Source: an uncultured Clostridia bacterium
GTDB lineage: Bacteria; Acidobacteriota; Blastocatellia; UBA7656
Reading direction: 5' to 3'
NCBI GenBank assembly: GCA_964615905.1
Contig: CAZTUB010000014.1
Location: 88,057-152,056 of the forward strand
DNA: 64,000 bases
In this document: positions 19,962 through 29,288 of the stretch, in pieces
How positions within the stretch are numbered: the stretch's first letter is position 1
Layout of the letters: each line of letters opens with the position of its first letter
The notes under the pieces: generated by a model
What the model was told of the DNA's origin: nothing
What the model saw: the letters and a program-made list of their open reading frames with translations, nothing else
The model's database searches: none
Translations under genes and position numbers: made by a program

Positions 19962-20468
19962 TCATTTCCTAAGGTTGAATTTGGTATGACGGGAACGTCT
20001 TTGGTTTGTAATCAAAAGCAGAAGCCGGTCATAAATTATCGCTCCAGTACGCGGTTTATAAGGGCAAACTCCATACCAGAGCGTTCCTTGCGCGAGGTTT
20101 GGGGAATTCTGCCCGTGGGCTTGCAAAAGCTTCTCAATTATTTCGGCAAAAACGGCGGAAGCTATCGAAACTCACGCGCCCCGGCTGACGTAAGACATTT
20201 TCGGCCTGATTCTTTCTCGTTCTTAACGGGGTGCAGCACAAAGCTCAACACAGTGGATCTTGGGATATTTTCAGGGATTGAGGCAAGGCTGCGACAGAAT
20301 TGAGAATAAAATGCCGCAAAGGCGGCAAATCCCTGGCCGGAAATCGAATACATACAACTCAGGTCTTGTTTATTTTTACGGGGTAGAATAGACTTTTTCA
20401 CCCTCCACAAGTTGAAATATTCAACATCTGGACATGCATTGAGAAGGGAATTAAAGGAGCTTAGTGGA

Positions 20469-23400
20469 ATGAGACGAGTGTTCTTTATGCTTTTGCTGCT
20501 CATTGCGACAGCGGCAAGCGCGGCGGCCCAGAGCGACCGCCCTATGCTGCTGCAAAAGCCGACGGTGAGCCGGACTCACATAGTTTTCGCCTACGCGGGC
20601 AACCTCTGGACGGTCAACCGCGAAGGCGGGAGCGCGGCGCTTTTGACCAACGGCGTCGGGCTTGAAACAAGCCCCATCTTTTCGCCCGACGGGCGGTGGG
20701 TAGCATTCACAGGAGAGTATGACGGCAACACGGATATTTACGTCGTAGCGGCTACGGGCGGAGTGCCGCGCCGTGTGACATATCATCCCGGCGCGGACGA
20801 GATAGTCGGGTGGACGAACGATTCGAAACGTGTGCTGTTTCGTTCGACGCGCGCGAGCAATTCCGGCTACGGCCGGTTGTTTACAGTCGCGGCCGAAGGC
20901 GGCTTCCCCGACGAAGTGCCGCTCCCGATGGCCAAGGAAGGCTCGTTTTCGCCCGACGGCTCGCGCATAGCCTACCAACCGCTCTCGCAGTGGCAGCCCG
21001 ATTGGAAGCGTTATCGCGGCGGGCAGACCTCGCCCATCTGGATTGCCAGGCTCGCGGATTCGAGCATAGAAAAGCTGCCGCGCGAAAACTCGAACGACTT
21101 CAACCCGATGTGGGTCGGAAACCACGTCTACTTCCTCTCGGACCGAAACGGCCTTGTCGGCCTGTTCAGCTACGACACCGGCTCAAAGAAGATAACTCAG
21201 GTTGTTCAACCCGCCGGCATGGACATAAAGTCGGCCTCGGCAGGGCCGGGCGTGATCGTCTACGAACAGTTCGGCACTATAAACCTTTATGACATCGATT
21301 CGGGCAAGAGCCAGAAAGTAGACGTTCGCTTAACGGGCGATCTGGCTTCCGTGCGCCCGCGTTACGAAAGGGTCGGCAACCGGATTGCGAGCGCGTCGAT
21401 CTCGCCCACGGGCGCGCGGGCGGTCTTTGAAGCGCGCGGCGAAATCCTGAGCGTCCCTGCGGAAAAAGGCGACCCGCGAAACATATCGAACACGACGGGC
21501 GTGATGGAGCGCGACCCGGCCTGGTCGCCCGACGGGAAGTGGATAGCCTACTTTTCGGATGAGTCGGGCGAGTACGCCTTGCACCTTCGCAACCAGACCG
21601 GCATGGGCGAAGTCAAGAAGATAAACCTCGGCAACCCGCCTTCGTTCTTCTACTCGCCTACGTGGTCGCCAGACAGCAAGAAGATCGCTTACACGGACAA
21701 GCGGCTCAACCTCTGGTACGTCGACATCGACAAGGGCACCCCTGTCAAAGTCGATAAGAACCCGATGGGCCTCAGGGACGACGTGATGCAGCCGTTCTGG
21801 TCGCCGGACTCGCGCTGGATCGGCTACACCAAACAGGTTGATAACAGATTGCGCGCCGTTTTCGTCTATTCTCTTGAGAAGAGCCAGATGCACCAGCTTA
21901 CGGACGGAATGAGCGATGCGCGCTACGCCGCGTTCGATAAGAGCGGCAAGTACCTCTATTTCACCGCGAGCACAAATCTCGGCCCGGCCTTCAGCTTCGC
22001 AGAGATGTCGACGTTCCCGCATCAATCGACGCGCAGCGCCTACGCCATAGTGCTCAGAAACGATCTCCCCTCGCCGGTCGCGCCCGAAAGCGATGAGGAG
22101 AAGATTCAAGAAGAGAAGAAAGAGCCGGAGCAGAAGCCCGCCGCGCCTGCCAAAAAAGAGGTCGAGCCCGTCCGCATCGACCTTGATTCGATAGGCCAGC
22201 GCATAGTCGCGCTTCCGATCCCGGCGCGCAACTACCTCGGTCTTGCCACCGGCAAAGCCAATAACATATTTCTTCTGGAGCTTGCCCCGGCAGGCCCGTC
22301 CGGTCCTGTAGGCCCGCCGGGCGTGATCCTTCACAGGTACGATCTTGAGAAGCGCAAGCTCGACAAAGTCCTCGAAGGCATACAGGCATTCGAGGTCTCG
22401 GCAAACGGCGAGAAGATGCTCTACCGCCAGGGTCCGAACTGGGCCATCGCCTCGACAGGCCCGCAGCCTGTGAAGCCCGGCGAAGGCGTTTTGAAGGTTG
22501 CCGACATGGAAGTCCACGTCGACCCGAAAGCCGAATGGCGACAGATGTACAACGAAGTCTGGCGAGGCGAGCGCGATTTCTTCTACGATCCCGGCCTGCA
22601 CGGGATTGACGTGGAAGCGTTCAAGAAGAAGTACGAGCCTTACCTCGCGTCGGTCGCGCACCGGTCGGACCTCAACTACCTGTTCCGCGAGATGCTAAAC
22701 CAGCTGACGATAGGCCATATGTTTGTCGGCGGCGGGGACCAGCCGCGACCCAACTTCGTTCCGGGCGGGTTGCTGGGCGCTGATTACAAGATAGAGAACA
22801 ACCGCTATCGTTTCGCAAAGGTTTACAACGGCGAGAGCTGGAACCCGCAGCTCCGCGCGCCGCTCACACAGCCCGGAGTCAACGTAAAAGAGGGCGAGTA
22901 CCTGATCGCGGTCAACGGTCGCAACCTTACCGCCGCAGACAACGTCTACGCTTTCTTCCAGAGCACCGCCAACAAGCAGGTTGTTATACGAGTGGGGCCG
23001 AACCCTGACGGGGCGGGCTCGCGCGAGGTCACAGTAGTTCCGGTTCAAAGCGAGCTGGCGCTCCGCAACCTCAACTGGGTCGAGAGCAACCGCCGCAAGG
23101 TCGATCAGATGAGCGGAGGCCGCCTGGCTTATGTCTACGTGCCCGACACTTCCGGGCCCGGCTACACGAGCTTCAACCGCTACTTCTTCGCGCAGACGCA
23201 GAAAGAGGGCGCGGTTATCGACGAGCGGTTCAACGGCGGCGGGTCGCTTGCCGATTACATAGTCGAGTACCTGAACCGCCCGCTTTTGAACTACATATAC
23301 TTCCGCGAGGGGCGTGATATTCCGACGCCGCTCGGCGCAATATACGGGCCGAAGGCTATGATCATAAATGAGCTGGCCGGTTCGGGCGGCGATGCGTTAC

Positions 23401-23765
23401 CCTGGTACTTCCGCAAGATGAAGATAGGGCCGCTCGTCGGCAAGCGGACCTGGGGCGGGCTCGTCGCAGCTTTCCCCGCGCCGCAATTGATGGACGGCGG
23501 TTCCGTAACCGCGCCCGACGCAGCCATCTACGGCCTTGAGGGCGACTGGGAGGTCGAGAATCGCGGCGTCGCGCCCGACATCGAGGTCGAGTTTGACCCG
23601 GCGGCGTGGCGCGCGGGCCGCGACCCGCAGCTAGAAAAGGCCGTCGAAGTCGTGATGGAAGACCTCAAGAAGAATCCGCGACCTCAGCATAAGAGGCCCG
23701 CTTTCCCGAATTATCAAACCCCTGCTTCGGGTACCGCCTCAGGCAGTACCTCAAGCAACAGATAA
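20469..23765 (+). CDS. Tricorn-protease-like S41 peptidase (secreted; PD40/TolB-like beta-propellers plus C-terminal S41 catalytic domain), paralog 1
   Basis: Following the signal peptide MRRVFFMLLLLIATAASAAAQ are repeated WSPDG(K/R)WIAY propeller motifs. The C-terminal S41 region is NELAGSGGDALPWYF...GKRTWGG. RBS AAGGAG lies at 20453. Confidence 0.85.
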   Translation: MRRVFFMLLLLIATAASAAAQSDRPMLLQKPTVSRTHIVFAYAGNLWTVNREGGSAALLTNGVGLETSPIFSPDGRWVAFTGEYDGNTDIYVVAATGGVPRRVTYHPGADEIVGWTNDSKRVLFRSTRASNSGYGRLFTVAAEGGFPDEVPLPMAKEGSFSPDGSRIAYQPLSQWQPDWKRYRGGQTSPIWIARLADSSIEKLPRENSNDFNPMWVGNHVYFLSDRNGLVGLFSYDTGSKKITQVVQPAGMDIKSASAGPGVIVYEQFGTINLYDIDSGKSQKVDVRLTGDLASVRPRYERVGNRIASASISPTGARAVFEARGEILSVPAEKGDPRNISNTTGVMERDPAWSPDGKWIAYFSDESGEYALHLRNQTGMGEVKKINLGNPPSFFYSPTWSPDSKKIAYTDKRLNLWYVDIDKGTPVKVDKNPMGLRDDVMQPFWSPDSRWIGYTKQVDNRLRAVFVYSLEKSQMHQLTDGMSDARYAAFDKSGKYLYFTASTNLGPAFSFAEMSTFPHQSTRSAYAIVLRNDLPSPVAPESDEEKIQEEKKEPEQKPAAPAKKEVEPVRIDLDSIGQRIVALPIPARNYLGLATGKANNIFLLELAPAGPSGPVGPPGVILHRYDLEKRKLDKVLEGIQAFEVSANGEKMLYRQGPNWAIASTGPQPVKPGEGVLKVADMEVHVDPKAEWRQMYNEVWRGERDFFYDPGLHGIDVEAFKKKYEPYLASVAHRSDLNYLFREMLNQLTIGHMFVGGGDQPRPNFVPGGLLGADYKIENNRYRFAKVYNGESWNPQLRAPLTQPGVNVKEGEYLIAVNGRNLTAADNVYAFFQSTANKQVVIRVGPNPDGAGSREVTVVPVQSELALRNLNWVESNRRKVDQMSGGRLAYVYVPDTSGPGYTSFNRYFFAQTQKEGAVIDERFNGGGSLADYIVEYLNRPLLNYIYFREGRDIPTPLGAIYGPKAMIINELAGSGGDALPWYFRKMKIGPLVGKRTWGGLVAAFPAPQLMDGGSVTAPDAAIYGLEGDWEVENRGVAPDIEVEFDPAAWRAGRDPQLEKAVEVVMEDLKKNPRPQHKRPAFPNYQTPASGTASGSTSSNR

Positions 23766-23775
23766 AGGACCACTT

Positions 23776-23812
23776 ACAGGCGGGCGCAGGTAATCCCCTG
23801 CGCCTGTCTTTA
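23776..23812 (+). terminator. Putative terminator or attenuator between the two tricorn paralogs
   Basis: ACAGGCGGGCGCAGG-TAATCC-CCTGCGCCTGT is an imperfect stem followed by CTTTAATC. Confidence 0.4.
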
Positions 23813-23838
23813 ATCAGCAATCAGCAGGAGGAGCAGAC

Positions 23839-26800
23839 ATGAGAAAGTTGATACTGGCGCTTATATTTTCGCTCGCTTCGGCAGGCGCCGTCTTCGGACA
23901 ATCGGACAGACCGTTATTGATGCGCACACCGACACTCTCAAAGAGCCACATAGTATTTTCGTATGCAGGTGATTTATGGATAGTCAACCGCGAAGGCGGC
24001 GAGGCGCAGCGCCTCACCACCGGAGCGGGTAACGAAGCGCTGCCGTACTTTTCGCCCGACGGGCAGTGGATTGCCTTCAGCGGCGAGTACGACGGCAACA
24101 CGGACGTCTTCATCATCCCGGCCACGGGCGGAGTTCCGCGACGGCTCACATACCACGCGGGCGGTGACATAATCCAGGGCTGGACGCCCGACGGCAAGCA
24201 GGTGCTCTTCCGTTCGAGCCGCACGAGCGAGACCGGGCGCACCTCGCAGCTTTTCACGATACCGATTGACGGGGTGAACCCGACCGAAGTGCCGCTGCCG
24301 ATGGCGTTCGAAGGGTCGTACTCGGCCAACGGCGCGCAGCTCGCCTACGTGCCGCTGCCGCGCGGCTTCCAGGCTTGGAAGCGTTATCGCGGCGGGATGA
24401 CCACTCCCATCTGGATCGCGAACCTCTCGGATTCGAGCGTCGAGAAGATTCCGCGCACCAACTCAAACGACTTCAACCCGATGTGGGTCGGCAATCGCGT
24501 CTACTTCCTTTCGGACCGCAGCGGCCCCGTGACGCTGTTTGCTTACGAGACCGGGACCAAGAAGGTCGCGCCCGTTATTCAAAATAACGACCTCGACATC
24601 AAGTCTGCCTCTGCCGGGCCCGACGCCATCGTCTACGAGCAGTTCGGCTCGCTGAACCTGTTCGATCTCAACTCCGGCAAGACCCGCAAGGTCAATGTCA
24701 CGATCAACGGCGACATGCTCGCGGTGCGCCCGAAGTTTGAAAAGGTCGGTGATAGAGCGACTTCCTTCGCGCTCTCGCCCACGGGCGCGCGAGCCATCTT
24801 TGAAGCGCGCGGCGAAATCCTGACCGTCCCCGCCGAAAAAGGCAACCCGCGCAACCTGACCAACACCACAGGCACCGCCGAGCGCGACCCGGCCTGGTCG
24901 CCCGACGGGAAGTGGATAGCCTACTTTTCGGATGAGTCGGGCGAGTACGCCTTGCACCTTCGCAACCAGACCGGCATGGGCGAAGTCAAGAAGATAAACC
25001 TCGGCAACCCGCCTTCGTTCTTCTACTCGCCTACGTGGTCGCCAGACAGCAAGAAGATCGCTTACACGGACAAGCGGCTCAACCTCTGGTACGTCGACAT
25101 CGACAAGGGCACCCCTGTCAAGATAGACAATTCAACAAGGGGCCTCTCTTTCAGCCCCACCTGGTCGCCCGACTCGCGCTGGTTGGCTTACACCAAACCT
25201 CTGAAGTCATGGTATCGCGCGGTCTTCATCTACTCGTTGGAACAGAACAAAACCAACCAGGTGACAGACGGGTTGAGCGATGCCGCATCGGCCCAGTTTG
25301 ACAAGAGCGGCAAGTATCTCTACTTCACCGCGAGCACGGACATCGGCCCTGCGGTCTTTGGCTTCGATATGACGAGCTACCCGCACCGCCCGACGCGCAG
25401 CGTCTACATCTGCGTGCTCAGAAAAGACCTGCCTTCGCCGATTGCTCCTGAAAGCGACGAAGAGAAGGTGACGGAAGAGAAACCCGCCGTACAAAATCCT
25501 GCCGATCAGGAAGGCGAAAAGAAGGCCGACGCTCCCGCGCCTGCCGCTGCGGCTCAAGCCAAGCCCGGCGAAAAGAAAGCGCCTGAGCCCGTCCGCATCG
25601 ACTTTGATCGCATAGGCCAGCGCATACTCGCGCTCCCGATCCCCGCGCGCAACCTGATAGGGCTTGCCGCCGGCAAGCCGAACAACCTTTACGTCTTCGA
25701 GCTGCCCGCGCAACAGGGCGGCCCGCAGTTCGGGCTGATCGCCCACAAGTTCGATCTTGAGAAGCGGAAGCTCGACAAGGTCCTCGAAGGCATCCAGGCG
25801 TTCGAGCTGTCGGACAACGCAGAGAAGATCCTTTATCGGCAGGGCCAGGGCTGGTTCATCACGTCGGCAGGCCCCGCGCCTATAAAGCCGGGCGAAGGGC
25901 GAATCAAGACCGAAGAGATGGAAGTCTATGTCGACCCGCGCGCCGAGTGGAACCAGATGTACAAAGAGACGTGGAGGATCGAGCGCGACTTCTTCTACGC
26001 GCCGAATTACCACGGCCTCGATCTTCAGGCGGCGGCCAAGAAGTACGAGCCTTACCTCGCGTCGCTCGCGCACCGCGCCGATCTCAACTATCTCTTCCAG
26101 GAGATGCTGGGCGAGCTGACGGTCGGCCACCTCTATGTCAGCGGCGGCGACGTGCCCGATGCGAAGCGCGTTCCGGGCGGGTTGCTGGGCGCTGATTACA
26201 AGATAGAGAACAACCGCTATCGTTTCAGTAAGATTTACGACGGCGAGAACTGGAACCCGCAGCTCCGCGCGCCGCTCACACAGCCCGGCGTCGATGTCAG
26301 GGAGGGCGAGTACCTGATCGCGGTGAACGGTCGCAACCTTACCGCCGCAGAGAACATCTACTCTTTCTTTGAATCGACCGCCAACAAACAGGTTGTGATA
26401 CGAGTGGGGCCGAACCCTGACGGAACGGGCTCGCGCGAAGTCACTGTCGTTCCTGTCTCAAACGAGGGCGGGCTCAGGCATCTGGCGTGGATCGAAGGCA
26501 ACCGCCGCAAGGTCGACCAGATGACATCGGGCCGCGTGGCTTACATCTACCTGCCCGACACGGCGGGCGGCGGCTACACGAACTTCAACCGCTATTACTT
26601 CTCGCAGCTAGACAAGGACGGCGCGGTCGTTGACGAGCGATTCAACGGCGGCGGGCAGGCGGCCGATTACATAATCGATTACCTGCGCAAGCCGTTGATG
26701 AGCTACTGGGCTGTGCGCGACGGCGAAGATTTCCGCACGCCGTTCGGCACCATGCCCGGACCGAAAGCGATGATCGTAAACGAGTACGCCGGTTCGGGCG

Positions 26801-27171
26801 GCGACCTGATGCCGTATATGTTCCGCCGCGCGCAGATAGGGCCGCTCATCGGCAAGCGGACCTGGGGCGGGTTAGTCGGCATCGGCGGCTACCCGACACT
26901 GATCGACGGCGGTTCGGTGACGGCACCCCATTTCGCGTTCTACTCGCCCGAAGGCAAGTGGGAGATCGAGAATCACGGCGTCGCGCCCGACATCGAAGTC
27001 GAGATGGACCCGAAAGCCTGGCGCGCGGGCCGCGACCCGCAGCTCGAAAAAGCTGTCGAAGTCGTGATGGAAGCTCTCAAGAAGACCCCGCCGCAAAAGA
27101 CGAGGCGACCGGCCTATCCGAACTACCACACGAACGGACAGACGCCGCGCCCACAACCTAACCAGCGATAG
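23839..27171 (+). CDS. Tricorn-protease-like S41 peptidase, paralog 2
   Basis: It has the same architecture as 20469..23765, is about 60% identical overall, and contains tracts identical at the nucleotide level. RBS AGGAGGAG precedes the ATG. Confidence 0.85.
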   Translation: MRKLILALIFSLASAGAVFGQSDRPLLMRTPTLSKSHIVFSYAGDLWIVNREGGEAQRLTTGAGNEALPYFSPDGQWIAFSGEYDGNTDVFIIPATGGVPRRLTYHAGGDIIQGWTPDGKQVLFRSSRTSETGRTSQLFTIPIDGVNPTEVPLPMAFEGSYSANGAQLAYVPLPRGFQAWKRYRGGMTTPIWIANLSDSSVEKIPRTNSNDFNPMWVGNRVYFLSDRSGPVTLFAYETGTKKVAPVIQNNDLDIKSASAGPDAIVYEQFGSLNLFDLNSGKTRKVNVTINGDMLAVRPKFEKVGDRATSFALSPTGARAIFEARGEILTVPAEKGNPRNLTNTTGTAERDPAWSPDGKWIAYFSDESGEYALHLRNQTGMGEVKKINLGNPPSFFYSPTWSPDSKKIAYTDKRLNLWYVDIDKGTPVKIDNSTRGLSFSPTWSPDSRWLAYTKPLKSWYRAVFIYSLEQNKTNQVTDGLSDAASAQFDKSGKYLYFTASTDIGPAVFGFDMTSYPHRPTRSVYICVLRKDLPSPIAPESDEEKVTEEKPAVQNPADQEGEKKADAPAPAAAAQAKPGEKKAPEPVRIDFDRIGQRILALPIPARNLIGLAAGKPNNLYVFELPAQQGGPQFGLIAHKFDLEKRKLDKVLEGIQAFELSDNAEKILYRQGQGWFITSAGPAPIKPGEGRIKTEEMEVYVDPRAEWNQMYKETWRIERDFFYAPNYHGLDLQAAAKKYEPYLASLAHRADLNYLFQEMLGELTVGHLYVSGGDVPDAKRVPGGLLGADYKIENNRYRFSKIYDGENWNPQLRAPLTQPGVDVREGEYLIAVNGRNLTAAENIYSFFESTANKQVVIRVGPNPDGTGSREVTVVPVSNEGGLRHLAWIEGNRRKVDQMTSGRVAYIYLPDTAGGGYTNFNRYYFSQLDKDGAVVDERFNGGGQAADYIIDYLRKPLMSYWAVRDGEDFRTPFGTMPGPKAMIVNEYAGSGGDLMPYMFRRAQIGPLIGKRTWGGLVGIGGYPTLIDGGSVTAPHFAFYSPEGKWEIENHGVAPDIEVEMDPKAWRAGRDPQLEKAVEVVMEALKKTPPQKTRRPAYPNYHTNGQTPRPQPNQR

Positions 27172-27194
27172 GCCGCAAGGTCTATACAAAGACG

Positions 27195-27228
27195 AAGGGC
27201 ACAGGTTTCGGCCTGTGCCCTTTTTTTC
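27195..27228. terminator. Rho-independent (bidirectional) terminator between tricorn paralog 2 and the convergent secreted-protein gene
   Basis: GGGCACAGG-TTTCGG-CCTGTGCCC followed by TTTTTTT, with an A-rich stretch on the upstream side. Confidence 0.7.
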
Positions 27229-27257
27229 GAATGTGGTAGTAAGGCTCTTTGCGCGCG

Positions 27258-27758
27258 TCAAGCCTTCTTGTTGAAGGTGCGCTTTACGGTCTGGGCCCCG
27301 TTCGGGCCTTCGACGTTGAGCACAATGACAAGCGTCTTGCCGTCGGCCGACAGGTTCCACTTGCGCGTCATCTTTATCTGGGCCTCGCCGTCGGGCGTGT
27401 TGACGGTTGACTGTTCGGTGACTTCGATGCCCTGGCCGTCGGCGGTCCATTTAGCCGTCCGCTTGCCTTTGCCCACGGGGCCGTTTGGGCCCTGCGGCTC
27501 GAAGTCGTTCTCTTTCCCGTCAACCGTGTAGCTGTCGCTTATGGCCTGGCTGCCCTCGTCGGTCATCACCTTGGTTTCGAGCTTGATGACGTCGCCTTCC
27601 TGGGCTACTGTCATCACCTGATCTATGCCCGGCGGCAGCCCCTCGGACTTGCTAGCGTCCATTATCCAGGTTCCGCTGAAATTGGCCTTTGCCGCCCCGG
27701 CTACGGTCAAGGCGAAAACGAGAACTGCGAGACTTCCAAACACAAACCTGCGCTTCAT
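27258..27758 (-). CDS. Secreted hypothetical protein (lipocalin/DUF1579-like size, 166 aa)
   Basis: It has a signal peptide (MKRRFVFGSLAVLVFALTVAGAAKA), coding-like composition, and is flanked by a terminator downstream. Confidence 0.6.
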   Translation of the reverse strand: MKRRFVFGSLAVLVFALTVAGAAKANFSGTWIMDASKSEGLPPGIDQVMTVAQEGDVIKLETKVMTDEGSQAISDSYTVDGKENDFEPQGPNGPVGKGKRTAKWTADGQGIEVTEQSTVNTPDGEAQIKMTRKWNLSADGKTLVIVLNVEGPNGAQTVKRTFNKKA

Positions 27759-27793
27759 TATGTGAATCTCCTTTGATGGTTACTTCGGGGAAA

Positions 27794-27883
27794 GTGACAA
27801 GTAAACAGTGACAAGTGACAAGAAGGAGAACGGCCAAAGTCCACTCCGGTCTTTCTCGTCACTTGTCACTTGTCACTGTTTAC
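27794..27883. repeat. Hairpin repeat family copy B (GTAAACAGTGACAAGTGACAAG arms)
   Basis: Perfect 22-bp inverted arms (27801-27822 and 27862-27883). It lies between two same-strand genes. Confidence 0.8.
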
Positions 27884-28012
27884 CCCCCCCTCTCATGTTC
27901 TACAGGCTAATATACGGGGCGAGCCACCGTAAATCAGCTATTTGTGACGAGCGGGATTTGAAAGGTTACGAGCAGGCGCAAAACGCTTTCAAGCCGTTAC
28001 CCGAAACCCGCA

Positions 28013-28594
28013 TCAGGGTTGCCAGTTGATATAGAACTCGCAGGCATCGTCGGAGCGACCGCGACAGCGCGTGTGCGTGATGCTCGCGCTACGCACGCCG
28101 CAAAGCTCTACGGCGTGGCGAAAGTAAGCGGTCCCGCTCAGGCAAAAGCTCGCGGGCGGCGCTTTCTCGTAGTTGATCGTCAGCAACCCGCTCGTGTCGC
28201 TCAGCCGCTCGTATGCGGCCGAGCCGAAGTCCTGGTAAGACCTGTGTATCAGCGCCGATTGTCTGAGGAAGCTGTGAACGTCAGGGTTGAGCAGGCTGCT
28301 GTACGGGCCCGAAAGGCTCGACGTGGCCGAAAACTCACCCAGCCGGTCGAATATCTGCTCGTACTGCCCGCCGATCTCGTCTGCAATCGCGCGGTCCACG
28401 TGGTCGAGCAGATCGAGCGGGTACCAGTTGTCTACCTTTATATCGGCGAGCTGTGAGCGATCATCTTCATTGAGGCGCTCGGTTATGCGAGCCCACGCGT
28501 CAGGCCCGTGGTTGAGGGCTACGAACAGAAATCGCGCTCGCAACAGCCCCCCCTTGATGTTCATGCTTGCGTAGCTTTGCCTGGGAGAATGCAT
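28013..28594 (-). CDS. Hypothetical protein with a Cys-rich C-terminus (possibly DUF2378/TIGR02265-like)
   Basis: A long ORF with good codon bias and no RBS. An alternative start lies at 28564 (MNIKGG). The C-terminal cysteines fall in CLSGTAYFRHAVELC...CRGRSDDAC. Confidence 0.5.
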   Translation of the reverse strand: MHSPRQSYASMNIKGGLLRARFLFVALNHGPDAWARITERLNEDDRSQLADIKVDNWYPLDLLDHVDRAIADEIGGQYEQIFDRLGEFSATSSLSGPYSSLLNPDVHSFLRQSALIHRSYQDFGSAAYERLSDTSGLLTINYEKAPPASFCLSGTAYFRHAVELCGVRSASITHTRCRGRSDDACEFYINWQP

Positions 28595-28714
28595 AAAAGA
28601 CGTCCACTCGTAAAATAGAGCACGGGTTCAGCGAACGGATTATAGCACGAAGACCGGTGCCGCGCTCGCAAGCGGACTCGATTATCCGATTAGGAGAAAC
28701 TTATTCGCCTTCGC

Positions 28715-29149
28715 TTACCGCTTTGCCAGACGGTTGTTCGCGCAGAGCGTGCGCGTAATTATCCTCGCAAGCTTTTTCGAGCCTTCGCGCTCAAAGACTA
28801 TCTCGACCTTATCGAAAGGCCGCAGGTCCGAAGCGACCAAGGTGAGGTCAGGTATCGTGGCGATAGATACAAGCTCGCCCGATTCGAGTATGGATGTCTG
28901 GTCGTCGAGATCGAACCGCACGGTCGCGCCTTTCGCCGTCTTGACCGTTAAAGATTCCGACCCGGCCGCGATTATAGTCGCTTCGATTATGGAGCTGTTC
29001 GACACGGCAATGATGCGCGGAGCGTATGTGGCAGGCTGGCTGGCCGTCACGGCGCCACCCTTTTTCGACTGCGCGGCTGCCGCGCCTGTCGCGACCAGAA
29101 GGATTACAACCGAGGCCAGCATCTGAAATACCCGATTTCTATTTGTCAT
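28715..29149 (-). CDS. Secreted hypothetical protein (144 aa)
   Basis: RBS GGGTGAG precedes the ATG at 29149. A signal peptide is present (LASVVILLVATGAAAAQ). Confidence 0.55.
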   Translation of the reverse strand: MTNRNRVFQMLASVVILLVATGAAAAQSKKGGAVTASQPATYAPRIIAVSNSSIIEATIIAAGSESLTVKTAKGATVRFDLDDQTSILESGELVSIATIPDLTLVASDLRPFDKVEIVFEREGSKKLARIITRTLCANNRLAKR

Positions 29150-29288
29150 AATCTCACCCGTTTATTCCGGGCCTCCAGCTAACAATACGAGGCCGGAAGG
29201 CGACAAGTTTTTCGCAATCGCCGTGCCGTGCTTTCCGGCTGCCAGGCGTGATATAAAACCGGGTTACGATTGGATAGCGTACGTCGCA

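Noticed and set aside
21330-22661. A 443-aa minus-strand ORF, and similar ones at 24463..24957 and 25207..26130.
   Set aside because: They are antisense shadows of the tricorn protease genes, have an Arg-rich composition, and lack RBS context.
27808-28029. Short ORFs spanning hairpin repeats (27808..28029 and 51703..51939 on the + strand; 51567..51758 and 27652..27837 on the − strand) that share peptides such as SLVTCHCL and MTSDKKE.
   Set aside because: They are translations of the heptamer repeat arms, not genes.
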